A DNA stretch of 64,000 bases from Balanoglossus misakiensis. Its lineage: Eukaryota > Animalia > Hemichordata. The notes beneath the pieces were generated by a model. That model was given only the letters and a program-made list of their open reading frames with translations, made no database searches and was not told the DNA's origin. The translations under genes and the position numbers were made by a program. The stretch covers positions 1,474,281-1,538,280 of the forward strand of contig CM082584.2 in the NCBI GenBank assembly GCA_040954595.2. The letters run 5' to 3'. Positions within the stretch are counted from its first letter, which is position 1. The number at the start of each line of letters is the position of its first letter. Shown one piece after another: positions 52,756-64,000 of the stretch.

Positions 52756-53340
52756 AGGGGACCAAGAGCCCTCAGGCGCTTGGTCCCCTTCTGTTATTGC
52801 TGGAGTTTGTCTTCTTTCTTCTTGAGTCGTTTTTTTGCGCCCGTTTTTCTCTGAAATTCCGGCAGGTGCGCCTTCCAAATTTGGCACGGTGGTTGGGGCC
52901 CATAGTACTGGTGCACCAGCCCTTTGAATTTGTAATTAGTCACGTGACTTTGTTGCTATAATCGAGCGAAATTTTCAAATTGACCTAATTTGCACGTTAA
53001 TTGGGGCATGTACATTCTTTTCGCGATATTTGTAGACCATGTGGCAAAAATCCCCTGTGCCAAATTTCAAGGTCCTAGGCCACGTCGATTTTGAGAAGAA
53101 GATTTTTGTAATATTTTTTCGCTTTTTTTGGTGGGCTGAGGACGGACACTGGGGCATCGGACTTTGACCGTCATTACGTTATGTTGTGGAGATCTCATTA
53201 GCAGGCTACTCACTTCTGGCGGGTTGCAGTAGTCCTTGGAAAATCGGCTGAAATACGTAAACAGACCAGTGATTATTTTCCACGGAATGAATTTTGGGAC
53301 AACACATTATCGGAGTTCAGGCTGTGTTAGGGCGTTTTAT
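52756..53340 (+). mobile_element. Helentron/HINE-like element end (hairpin + CTT microsatellite)
   Basis: Stem-loop AGGGGACCAAG-AGCCCTCAGGCG-CTTGGTCCCCT at 52756-52789, then TCTTCTTTCTTCTT and AAATTTGGCAC motifs. The CpG-rich body seems to continue beyond the LINE. Confidence 0.45.
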
Positions 53341-53356
53341 TGAATTACGCTGAGTT

Positions 53357-56300
53357 TGGATTGACTACTGTGTTACCACTGAAATTTCTCATAGCAATGT
53401 TCTTTCAATTTCGAGTCTTTGCAATGTTGTTGACTCCGACCATATTCCTGTTTCAATAGAGGTTCATTTCAACACTTCTGCTGATGAAAGCTTCAGCAGT
53501 AGTTCCTTCAAGCAATGTAATTTTCGAGTTGATTGGAAAAAATTGTCACAGCAGAATATATCCGCCTACACCGGTTGTACCAAAGCCAAGATTGATAAGA
53601 TTAATTTATCCGAAGAGTTATTCTGCACTAATGTGAACTGTACAGACCCTTCGCATTTACAGGCAATTGATACTTGTTATAGTAGTATTGTGGACGCATT
53701 GAATTGTGCTGCAAAAGATACCATTAGACGTAAGTTTCACCAGAAAGTTCATGTTGTGCCTGGCTGGAACGATTTTGTAAAAGAAAGTCACGACTATGCC
53801 CGTTCCATGTTTTTATTATGGGTTAATGTGGGTTAACCTAAACAAGGCCCGCTTTTTGAAACCATGAAATCTTCCAGAGCTCGTTTTTAGTACGCTTTAC
53901 GTGCTTGTAAAAAGATTGAGAATCAAAATAGGGCTGACAAGATGGCTGATAATTTACGCTGCCACAAACAGAACGACTTCTGGGAGGAAGTCAGAAAGCA
54001 AACTAGCAGAAAAACGCCGCTTTCTGACACTGTAGGTGGAGCGACTGGTGAGAGTGAAATTGCAATTATGTGGCACAAGCATTTCAGTGATATTTTGAAT
54101 TCTGTCCAGGCTCAGACTGGTAAAAATGACATCGAGGAGAAAATGAAGTATGTTAAATTTTCTTCTGATATGTATGTTTCTGAAGACGAAGTAATTTCTG
54201 CTATACATAAGTTACCTGATGGTAAGACAGCTGGCATTGACAATATTTTAGCTGAGCACCTCAAATTCTCAGACTCCTCTATTTTACCCTTTTTGACTTG
54301 TTGTATTAATGCAATGATTGTTCATGGTTACCTGCCAACTGAGGCTATCAATGTTAATTTAGTTCCAATTATTAAGGATAAAACTAAGCTTTGTAGTGAT
54401 GCCAGTAACTACCGGCCGATAGCACTAGCAACTGTTTTCTCTAAAGTTTTTGAGCATATTTTACTTTCTCGTTGTGAGGAGTTTCTTACCTCTCATTATT
54501 TACAATTTGGTTTCAAGCGAGAACATTCAACTGACCTGTGTTTATTTGCATTTAAAGAAATCATTAGCTACTACACCAGCAATGGAAGACCAGTGTTTAC
54601 TTGTTTTCTGGATGCTTCAAAAGCTTTTGACAGAGTTAATCACTTTAAACTGGTTATAATTAACAAGCACATCGACAGGAATGTTCCCTTGTATGCTGTA
54701 CGAATTTTATATTAATGGTACAGAAATCAATTGTTTACTGTGTTGTGGGGTAATGAAACCTCAGAGTTGTTTTCTGTTTCTAACGGTGTAAGACAAGGGG
54801 GGGTACTCTCTCCCTATCTTTTTAATGTCTACATTGATGATATTATCAATGCACTCTGTAAAGCCAAAGTTAGCTGTACCATGTGTGGTGTCAGCGCTAA
54901 CACTTTAGGTTACGCTGACGACATGACTCTACTCAGTCCAAGTATTAAGGGTCTACGCCGTCTTCTTAGAATTTGTGAAATTTATGGCAAGGATTATGAT
55001 ATCATTTATAATTCTAGTAAAACTGTGTGCATGCTTTTTAATGGGAAGAATATGAGCGTTCAAAGAATTCCTTCGGTTAAACTTAATGACATCACTTTAA
55101 AGTTTGTACCTGTACACACCTATCTGGGCCATGTTATATCTTGTGATGGTTGTGATAATGAAGATATTGAACGACAGAGAAGAGCATTTTGTGTAAGAGC
55201 AAACATGCTATTGAGACATTTTCAACATTGTAGTCAAGATGTGAAGAAAGTTTTATTTTTGGCATATTGTAGTAATATTTACTGTTGCAGTTTGTGGGCA
55301 TCCTTTAAAGTTAAACCGATGAAAAAATTTAAAACTATGTACAATAATGTTTGCAGAAGATTTCTCGGTCTTCCGCCATTTTGCTGTGCATCGGGTATGT
55401 TTGCTACAAACCATGTACATGTATTGTCACTTGGTGAAGTTTTTAGACGCAATATGTACAGTTTTAAGATGGGTCCCTGGGATCTTTTTGCTCGTTGCTG
55501 TGGGCCTTTATAGGACATTACACCCCGATTTGGACTAAGCCGTTTTCAGAGTCTAACAAGGGGCTGGTAACTAGTTGAAAATCTGCACGATTATGTGCAC
55601 ACCCCTGTCCGAGTATGTTTACGGCAGCTACCACCCGGCCATAGGCCGCCACGCTAATACGGCAAAGCAGCGGTCAGCGATAGCGTGCGCGTCCTGTAAC
55701 CACAGTAACTGGATCGAACGCTAAAAATCCAATGTTTTGTACACAGAGATTTTGTACCGTTCACGAAAATCCCTAAGGCTTTTTTCATAGGCCACGTACG
55801 CCAGTCAAATTTGACCTGCTTGTTGAGAACGCACTTCCGCACAGTGTGACGGATCGTTTTTTCGGTTTTCGTCGTGCTAAGAAGCGATACCGGTGGAAGA
55901 GTGCGTCCAAAAACACCCAAAATCGATGACTTTTTCAGGTGTGGTACGGGTATGCTGAAATCTTAGGATACAACGATAATATTCGAAAACAAAATCCGTC
56001 ACGATCTTCCCTGGTTCAAGCAACTAATGAATACGTATCAAGTTCGTTTTTGAGGTCACGGAATAAAAAGCCTTAGGCTTTTGAAATTTGACCTAGCTAA
56101 TTTTCATATCAATGGCGTCAGGGGGCGCGCGCTCACAATCGTGCAGATTTTCAACTAGTTACCAGCCCCTTGTTAGACTCTGAAAACGGCTTAGTCCAAA
56201 TCGGGGTGTAATGTCCTATAAAGGCCCATAGCAACGAGCAAAAAGATCCCAGGGACCCATCTTAAGCGTAGACTCGAAAATTCTTCTAATGTTTTACTTG

Positions 56301-56490
56301 ATGCGATCTGTTCATCAGATAGAGCGACTGACAGCATATTTTTCAAACATTGGCGAAAGCAATTGTATATCATGTAAGTTTTTTTTTGTGTGTGTCTCAG
56401 TGTCAGATTATTATTATTGTTTTTTTTTCTTCTCTCTTTTGGGTATATGGACTTTTTTTAAAGTCTGAAATAAAGAATTGTTATTATTTG
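53357..56490 (+). mobile_element. 5'-truncated non-LTR retrotransposon (APE end + RT ORF2), inactivated; clade not determined
   Basis: WIDYC...SDHIP (end of endonuclease), VPGWN, NYRPIAL, LQFGFK, FLDASKAFDRVNH, GVRQGGVLSP, YADD, YLG. In-frame stops at 53834, 53888 and 54713. The ORF resumes after the MITE (...MYSFK|RRLENSSN...LYIM*, stop 56375-56377). AATAAA at 56469 is followed by a TTA-rich tail. Confidence 0.92.
55468..56261. mobile_element. Non-autonomous TTAA-targeting (Kolobok-type) element with ~125-bp near-perfect TIRs, inserted in the LINE
   Basis: TTAA at 55464-55467 and 56262-56265. GATGGGTCCCTGGGATCTTTTTGCTCGTTGCT...CTGCACGATT is mirrored at 56138-56261. Removing it restores the LINE reading frame. 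Confidence 0.95.
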
Positions 56491-57373
56491 TTAGCTGTTG
56501 CCATTCAAATGTGTCTACGCAAACCCGGCTACACTGGCAGTGGGCTTTGACTCTAAGTCGCTAATGTTGTGGGAGGTTTCATTAGCATTGTAGTCACATG
56601 TAGTGGATAGTAGTTTGGGAAATTGCCTGAAATACGTCAGCAGACCAGTGATTTTCTTGCACGAAGGGAGTTTGGTACCAGCAATAATCAGAGATCAGGC
56701 TTCGTTGCCGTTCAAAAGTTCCTACTTCAGTCGTGATGTTGCAACTGGACGTTCAGTATGGGGGTCGGCCCGCAGGTGGCCGTGTGGGTTATCAGGTCGC
56801 CCGTAACGGCACGCAGCTACATGCAGCTGTATGGGACCAAAATAATACACCCGATTCGGGGGTCACCTGTGACACCTGCGTAACTCAATAATTATGTGCA
56901 TGCGTAATTGTGGGGTCAATGAAAGGGGTGGTAGCGTGGTATTTGTTGCACATGGATCAATATGAAGTCCAATTTTCCCGTCAAGTTGTGGGCGACCTTA
57001 TGTGACCTTTCACCTACTTTTGCTTAGTGAGCATCTACAGAAGATGCATGCAGCTTTGGCTTGGGGGGGGGGGGGGCATATACGGATGGGACCATAATGA
57101 TATACCAAAGGCGGGGTCACCTGTTGCACCTGCCTAAGTCATTGATTTTGTACATTTAATTGGACACTAACCAACAGGGCGATAGGTGTGGTTTTTGTTC
57201 CACAGGGACGAATGTAAGTGTCAGTTGGTTTTTGCCCAAATGTATAAGGTGATTTTGATGACCTCTGTCATACAGTGCCATATCTCATCCTGTTGTACAG
57301 ATGCAGCTTTGGTATTTGGAGGGATGAAACTATCATGAAATGCCAAATACAGGGGGATACCTTTGACACCTGC

Positions 57374-60300
57374 CATGATTTTTTTCAAAAATCGACGAAA
57401 TTTTGAGATTTTGCAGTCAAAAATTTGTCATTTTTTGATGATTTTCACCCATGATTTTTTTTCACAAATCGACGAAATTTTGAGATTTTGCAGTCGTAAA
57501 TTTGTCATTTTTTGATGATTTTCACCCATGATTTTTTTTCACAAATCGACGAAATTTTGAGATTTTGCAGTCGTAAATTTGTCATTTTTTAATGATTTTC
57601 CTCCATGATTTTTTTTCAAAAATCGACGAAATTTTGAGATTTTGCAAAGTCTAAAATTTGTCATTTTTTGATGATTTTCACCCATGTCTTTTTTCAAAAA
57701 TCGACGAAATTTTGAGATTTTGCAAAGAGGAAAATTTGTCATTTTTTGATGATTTTCAACAATGATTTTTTTTCAAAAATCGACGAAATTTTGAGATTTT
57801 GCAGTCAAAAATTTGTCATTTTTTGATGATTTTCAACAATTTTTTTAAAAAATCGACGAAAATTTGAGATTTTGCAGTAAAAAAATTGTCATTTTTTGAT
57901 GATTTTCACCCATGATTTTTTCAAAATTGGCAAAATTTTGAGATTTTGCAAAGTCGAAAATTTGTCATTTTTTGATGATTTTCACCCATGATTTTTTTTC
58001 ACAAATCGACGAAATTTTGAGATTTTGTAGTCGTTAATTTGTCATTTTTTGATGATTTTCCCCCATGATTTTTTTCAAAAATCAACGAAATTTTGAGATT
58101 TTGCAAAGTCGAAAATTTTCACCCGTCTTTTTTCAAAAACTCGACGAAATTTTGAGATTTTGCAAAGAGGAAAATTTGTCATTTTTTGATAATTTTCAAC
58201 AATGATTTATTTCAGAAATCGACGAAATTTTGAGATTTTGCAGTCGAAAATTTGTCATTTTTTGATGATTTTCCCCCATGATTTTTTTCCAAAATCGACG
58301 AAATTTTGAGATTTTGCAAAGTTGAAAATTTTTCAAAAATCGACGAAATTTATAGATTTTGCAAAGAGGAAAATTTGTCATTTTTTGATGATTTTCACCC
58401 ATGATTTTTTTCAAAATTGACGAAATTTTGAGTTTTTGCAGTCGAAAATTTGTCATTTTTTGATGATTTTCACCCATGATTTTTTCAAAATTGACGAAAT
58501 TTTGAAATTTTGCAGTCGAAAATTTGTCATTTTTTGATCATTTTCCCCATGATTTTTTTCAAAAATCGACGAAATTTTGAGATTTTGCAAAGTCGAAAAT
58601 TTGTCATTTTTTGATGATTTTCACCCTTGATTTTTTTCAAAATCGACGAAATTTTGAGATTTTGCAGTCGAAAATTTGTCATTTTTTGATCATTTTCCCC
58701 AATGATTTTTTTCAAAAATCGACGAAATTTTCAGATTTTGCAAAGTCGAAAATTTGTCATTTTTTCATGATTTTCAACAATGATATTTTTTCAAAAATCG
58801 ACGAAATTTTGAGATTTTGCAGTTAAAAATTTGTCATTTTTTGATGATTTTCAACAATTTTTTTAAAAAATCGACGAAATTTTGAGATTTTGCAAAGAGG
58901 AAAATTTGTCATTTTTTGATGATTTTCAACAATGATATTTTTTCAAAAATCGACGAAATTTTGAGATTTTGTAGTCGTAAATTTGTCATTTTTTGATGAT
59001 TTTCCCCCATGATTTTTTTCAAAAATCAACGAAATTTTGAGATTTTGCAAAGTCGAAAATTTGTCATTTTTAGATGATTTTCACCCGTCTTTTTTCAAAA
59101 AATCGACGAAATTTTGTGATTTTGTAAAGAGGAAAATTTGTCATTTTTTGATAATTTTCAACAATGATTTATTTCAAAAATCGACGAAATTTTGAGATTT
59201 TGCAGTCGAAAATTTGTCATTTTTTGATGATTTTCCCCCATGATTTTTTTCAAAAATCGACGAAATTTTGAGATTTTGCAAAGTTGAAAATTTTTCAAAA
59301 ATCGACGAAATTTATTGATTTTGCAAAGAGGAAAATTTGTCATTTTTTGATGATTTTAACCCATGATTTTTTTCAAAATTGACGAAATTTTGAGTTTTTG
59401 CAGTCGAAAATTTGTCATTTTTTGATGATTTTCACCCGTTTTTTTTTCAAAAATCGACGAAATTTTGAGATTTTGCAGTCGAAAATTTGTCATTTTTTGA
59501 TGATTTTCAACAATTTTTTTAAAAAATCGACGAAAATTTGAGATTTTGCAGTAAAAAATTTGTCATTTTTTGATGATTTTCACCCATGATTTTTTCAAAA
59601 TTGGCAAAATTTTGAGATTTTGCAAAGTCGAAAATTTGTCATTTTTTGATGATTTTCACCCATGATTTTTTTTCACAAATCGACGAAATTTTGAGATTTT
59701 GTAGTCGTAAATTTGTCATTTTTTGATGATTTTCCCCCATGATTTTTTTCAAAAATCAACGAAATTTTGAGATTTTGCAAAGTCGAAAATTTGTCATTTT
59801 TAGATGATTTTCACCCGTCTTTTTTCAAAAAATCGACGAAATTTTGTGATTTTGTAAAGAGGAAAATTTGTCATTTTTTGATAATTTTCAACAATGATTT
59901 ATTTCAAAAATCGACGAAATTTTGAGATTTTGCAGTCGAAAATTTGTCATTTTTTGATGATTTTCCCCCATGATTTTTTTCAAAAATCGACGAAATTTTG
60001 AGATTTTGCAAAGTTGAAAATTTTTCAAAAATCGACGAAATTTATTGATTTTGCAAAGAGGAAAATTTGTCATTTTTTGATGATTTTAACCCATGATTTT
60101 TTTCAAAATTGACGAAATTTTGAGTTTTTGCAGTCGAAAATTTGTCATTTTTTGATGATTTTCACCCGTTTTTTTTTCAAAAATCGACGAAATTTTGAGA
60201 TTTTGCAGTCGAAAATTTGTCATTTTTTGATGATTTTCACCCATGATTTTTTCAAAATTGACGAAATTTTGAAATTTTGCAGTCGAAAATTTGTCATTTT

Positions 60301-63300
60301 TTGATCATTTTCCCCATGATTTTTTTCAAAAATCGACGAAATTTTGAGATTTTGCAAAGTCGAAAATTTGTCATTTTTTGATGATTTTCACCCTTGATTT
60401 TCTTCAAAAATCGACGAAATTTTGAGATTTTGCAAAGTCGAAAATTTGTCATTTTTTGATGATTTTCACCCATGATTTTTTTCAAAAATCGATCAAATTT
60501 TGAGATTTTGCAGTAAAAAAATTGTCATTTTTTGATGATTTTCACCCATGATTTTTTTCAAAATTGACGAAATTTTGAGATTTTGCAGTCGAAAATTTGT
60601 CATTTTTTGATCATTTTCCCCCATGATTTTTTTCAAAAATCGACGAAATTTTCAGATTTTGCAAAGTCGAAAATTTGTCATTTTTTCATGATTTTCACCC
60701 ATGATTTTTTCAAAAATCGACGAAATTTTGAGATTTTGCAGTCGAAAATTTGTAATTTTTTGATGATTTTCCCCCATGATTTTTTTCAAAAATCGACGAA
60801 ATTTTGAGATTTTGCAAAGTCGAAAATTTGTCATTTTTTGATGATTTTCACCCATGATTTTCTTCAAAAATCGACGAAATTTTGAGATTTTGCAAAGTCG
60901 AAAATTTGTCATTTTTTGATGATTTTCACCCATGATTTTTTTCAAAAATCGACGAAATTTTGAGATTTTGCAAAGTCGAAAATTTGTCATTTTTTCATGA
61001 TTTTCACCCATGATTTTTTCAAAAATCGATGAAATTTTGAGATTGTGCAAAGTCAAAAATTTGTCATTTTTTGATGATTTTCACCCATGATTTTTTTTCA
61101 CAAATCGACGAAATTTTGAGATTTTGTAGTCGTAAATTTGTCATTTTTGATGATTTTCCCCCATGATTTTTTTCAAAAATCAACGAAATTTTGAGATTTT
61201 GCAAAGTCGAAAATTTGTCATTTTTAGATGATTTTCACCCGTCTTTTTTCAAAAAATCGACGAAATTTTGAGATTTTGCAAAAAGGAAAATTTGTCAATT
61301 TTTGATAATTTTCAACAATGATTTATTTCAAAAATCGACGAAATTTTGAGATTTTGCAGTCGAAAATTTGTCATTTTTTGATGATTTTCCCCCATGATTT
61401 TTTTCAAAAATCGACGAAATTTTGAGATTTTGCAAAGTTGAAAATTTTTCAAAAATCGACGAAATTTATAGATTTTGCAAAGAGGAAAATTTGTCATTTT
61501 TTGATGATTTTCACCCATGATTTTTTTCAAAATTGACGAAATTTTGAGTTTTTGCAGTCGAAAATTTGTCATTTTTTGATCATTTTCCCCATGATTTTTT
61601 TCAAAAATCGACGAAATTTTGAGATTTTGCAAAGTCGAAAATTTGTCATTTTTTGATGATTTTCACCCTTGATTTTCTTCAAAAATCGACGAAATTTTGA
61701 GATTTTGCAAAGTCGAAAATTTATCATTTTTTGATGATTTTCACCCATGATTTTTTTCAAAAATCGATGAAATTTTGAGATTTTGCAGTAAAAAAATTGT
61801 CATTTTTTGATGATTTTCACCCATGATTTTTTTCAAAATTGACGAAATTTTGAGATTTTGCAGTCGAAAATTTGTCATTTTTTGATCATTTTCCCCCATG
61901 ATTTTTTTCAAAAATCGACGAAATTTTCAGATTTTGCAAAGTCGAAAATTTGTCATTTTTTCATGATTTTCACCCATGATTTTTTCAAAAATCGACGAAA
62001 TTTTGAGATTTTGCAGTCGAAAATTTGTAATTTTTTGATGATTTTCCCCCATGATTTTTTTCAAAAATCGACGAAATTTTGAGATTTTGCAAAGTCGAAA
62101 ATTTGTCATTTTTTGATGATTTTCACCCATGATTTTCTTCAAAAATCGACGAAATTTTGAGATTTTGCAAAGTCGAAAATTTGTCATTTTTTGATGATTT
62201 TCACCCATGATTTTTTTCAAAAATCGACGAAATTTTGAGATTTTGCAAAGTCGAAAATTTGTCATTTTTTGATGGTTTTCACCCATGATTTTTTTTCAAA
62301 AATCGACGAAATTTTGAGATTTTGCAAAGTCGAAAATGTGTCATTTTTTGACGATTTTCACCCGTTTTTTTTTCAAAATTTGTCATTTTTTCATGATTTT
62401 CACCCATGATTTTTTTCAAAAATCGACGAAATTTTGAGATTTTGCAAAGTCGAAAATTTGTCATTTTTTGATGATTTTCACCCATGATTTTTTTCAAAAA
62501 TCGACGAAATTTTGAGATTTTGCAAAGTCGAAAATGTGTCATTTTTTGATGATTTTCACCCATGTTTTTTTTTTAAAATCGACGAACCTATGATTTTTTT
62601 CAAAATAGACGAAATTTTGTGATTTTGCAAAGTCGAAAATTTTGTCATTTTTTGATGATTTTCAACCATGATTTTTTTTCAAAAATCGACGAAATTTTGA
62701 GATTTTGCAAAATCGTAAATTTGTCATTTTTTGATGATTTTCCCCCAATGGTTTTTTTCAAAATCGACGAAATTTTGAGATTTTGCAAAGTCGAAAATTT
62801 GTCATTTTTTGATGATTTTCCCCCATGATTTTTTTTCAAAAATGGACGAAATTTTGAGATTTTGCAAAGACGAAAATTTGTCATTTTTTGATGATTTTCA
62901 CCCATGATTTTTTTTCAAAAATCGACGAAATTTTGAGATTTTGCAAAGTCGAAAATGTGTCATTTTTTGATGATTTTCACCCGTTTTTTTTCAAAATTTG
63001 TCATTTTTTGATGATTTTCACCCATGATTTTTTTTCAAAATCGACGAAATTTTGAGATTTTGCAAAGTCGAAAATGTGTCATTTTTTGATGATTTTCACC
63101 CATGATTTTTTTCAAAAATCGACGAAATTTTGAGATTTTGCAAAGAGGAAAATTTGTCATTTTTTTCATGATTTTCCCCCATGATTTTTTTCAAAAATCG
63201 ACGAAATTTTGAGATTTTGCAAAGTCGAAAATTTGTCATTTTTTGATGATTTTCACCCATGTCTTTTTTCAAAAATCGAACAAATTTTGAGATTTTGCAA

Positions 63301-64000
63301 AGTCGAAAATTTGTCATTTTTTGATGATTTTCACCCATGATTTTCTTCAAAAATCGACGAAATTTTGAGATTTTGCAAAGTCGAAAATTTGTCATTTTTT
63401 GATGATTTTCACCTATGATTTTTTCAAAATTGACGAAATTTTGAAATTTTGCAGTCGAAAATTTGTCATTTTTTGATCATTTTCCCCCATGATTTTTTTC
63501 AAAAATCGACGAAAATTTGAGATTTTGCAAAGTCGAAAATTTGTCATTTTTTGATGATTTTCACCCATGATTTTTTTCAAAATTGACGAAATTTTGAGAT
63601 TTTGCAAAGTCAAAAATTTGTCATTTTTTGATGATTTTCAACAATTTTTTTTTAAAAATCGACGAAAATTTGAGATTTTTCAGTCAAAAATTTGTCATTT
63701 TTTGATGATTTTCTCCCATGATTTTTTTCAAAAATCGACGAAATTTTGAGATTTTGCAAAGTTGAAAATTTTTCAAAAATCGACGAAATTTATAGATTTT
63801 GCAAAGAGGAAAATTTGTCATTTTTTGATGATTTTCACCCATGATTTTTTTCAAAATTGACGAAATTTTGAGTTTTTGCAGTCGAAAATTTGTCATTTTT
63901 TGATCATTTTCCCCATGATTTTTTTCAAAAATCGACGAAATTTTGAGATTTTGCAAAGTCGAAAATTTGTCATTTTTTGATGATTTTCACCCTTGATTTT
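57374..64000. repeat. AT-rich ~76-79-bp satellite with higher-order repeats, running off the window end
   Basis: Unit CCATGATTTTTTTCAAAAATCGACGAAATTTTGAGATTTTGC(AA)AGTCGAAAATTTGTCATTTTTTGATGATTTTCAC. It produces 26-aa pseudo-repeats in the ORF track. Identical ORFs recur at offsets 730 (59158/59888) and 1275 (60583/61858). Confidence 0.97.

Noticed and set aside
57539-63956. Lys/Phe-rich short ORFs
   Set aside because: They are translations of the 78-bp satellite with frequent homopolymer frameshifts.

Overview
AT-rich, intron-containing animal genomic DNA (probably a marine invertebrate; inference), dominated by repeats. (1) 1-8.5 kb: decayed MITEs, a LINE 3' end and minisatellites. (2) 8.6-23.7 kb: a very homogeneous 90-bp tandem satellite; its two ~4,000-aa ORFs are repeat artefacts. 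(3) 24.6-51.3 kb, minus strand: a multi-exon uninflatable(uif)/SP1070-like gene (C-type lectin, 3 CUB, 4 Sushi, 2 Ca-EGF) with at least six disabling lesions, i.e. a pseudogene. (4) Inside one of its introns, an 8.8-kb Kolobok-type DNA transposon (27162-35973; TTAA target duplication, imperfect 15-bp TIRs) carrying two convergent spliced genes. One is an ~704-aa DDE transposase (11 hand-spliced exons, no stops, one mutated splice donor). The other is a 295-aa KolX-type protein in which a 9-Cys CXC-like zinc module is joined to a P2X7-ballast-like domain. (5) Many TTAA-flanked and TA-flanked MITEs. (6) 53.4-56.5 kb: a 5'-truncated dead LINE split by a long-TIR TTAA MITE. (7) 57.4 kb to the end: an A/T-tract-rich ~78-bp satellite with higher-order repeats. 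All exon structures were derived by hand; family assignments rest on motif recognition, not database searches.
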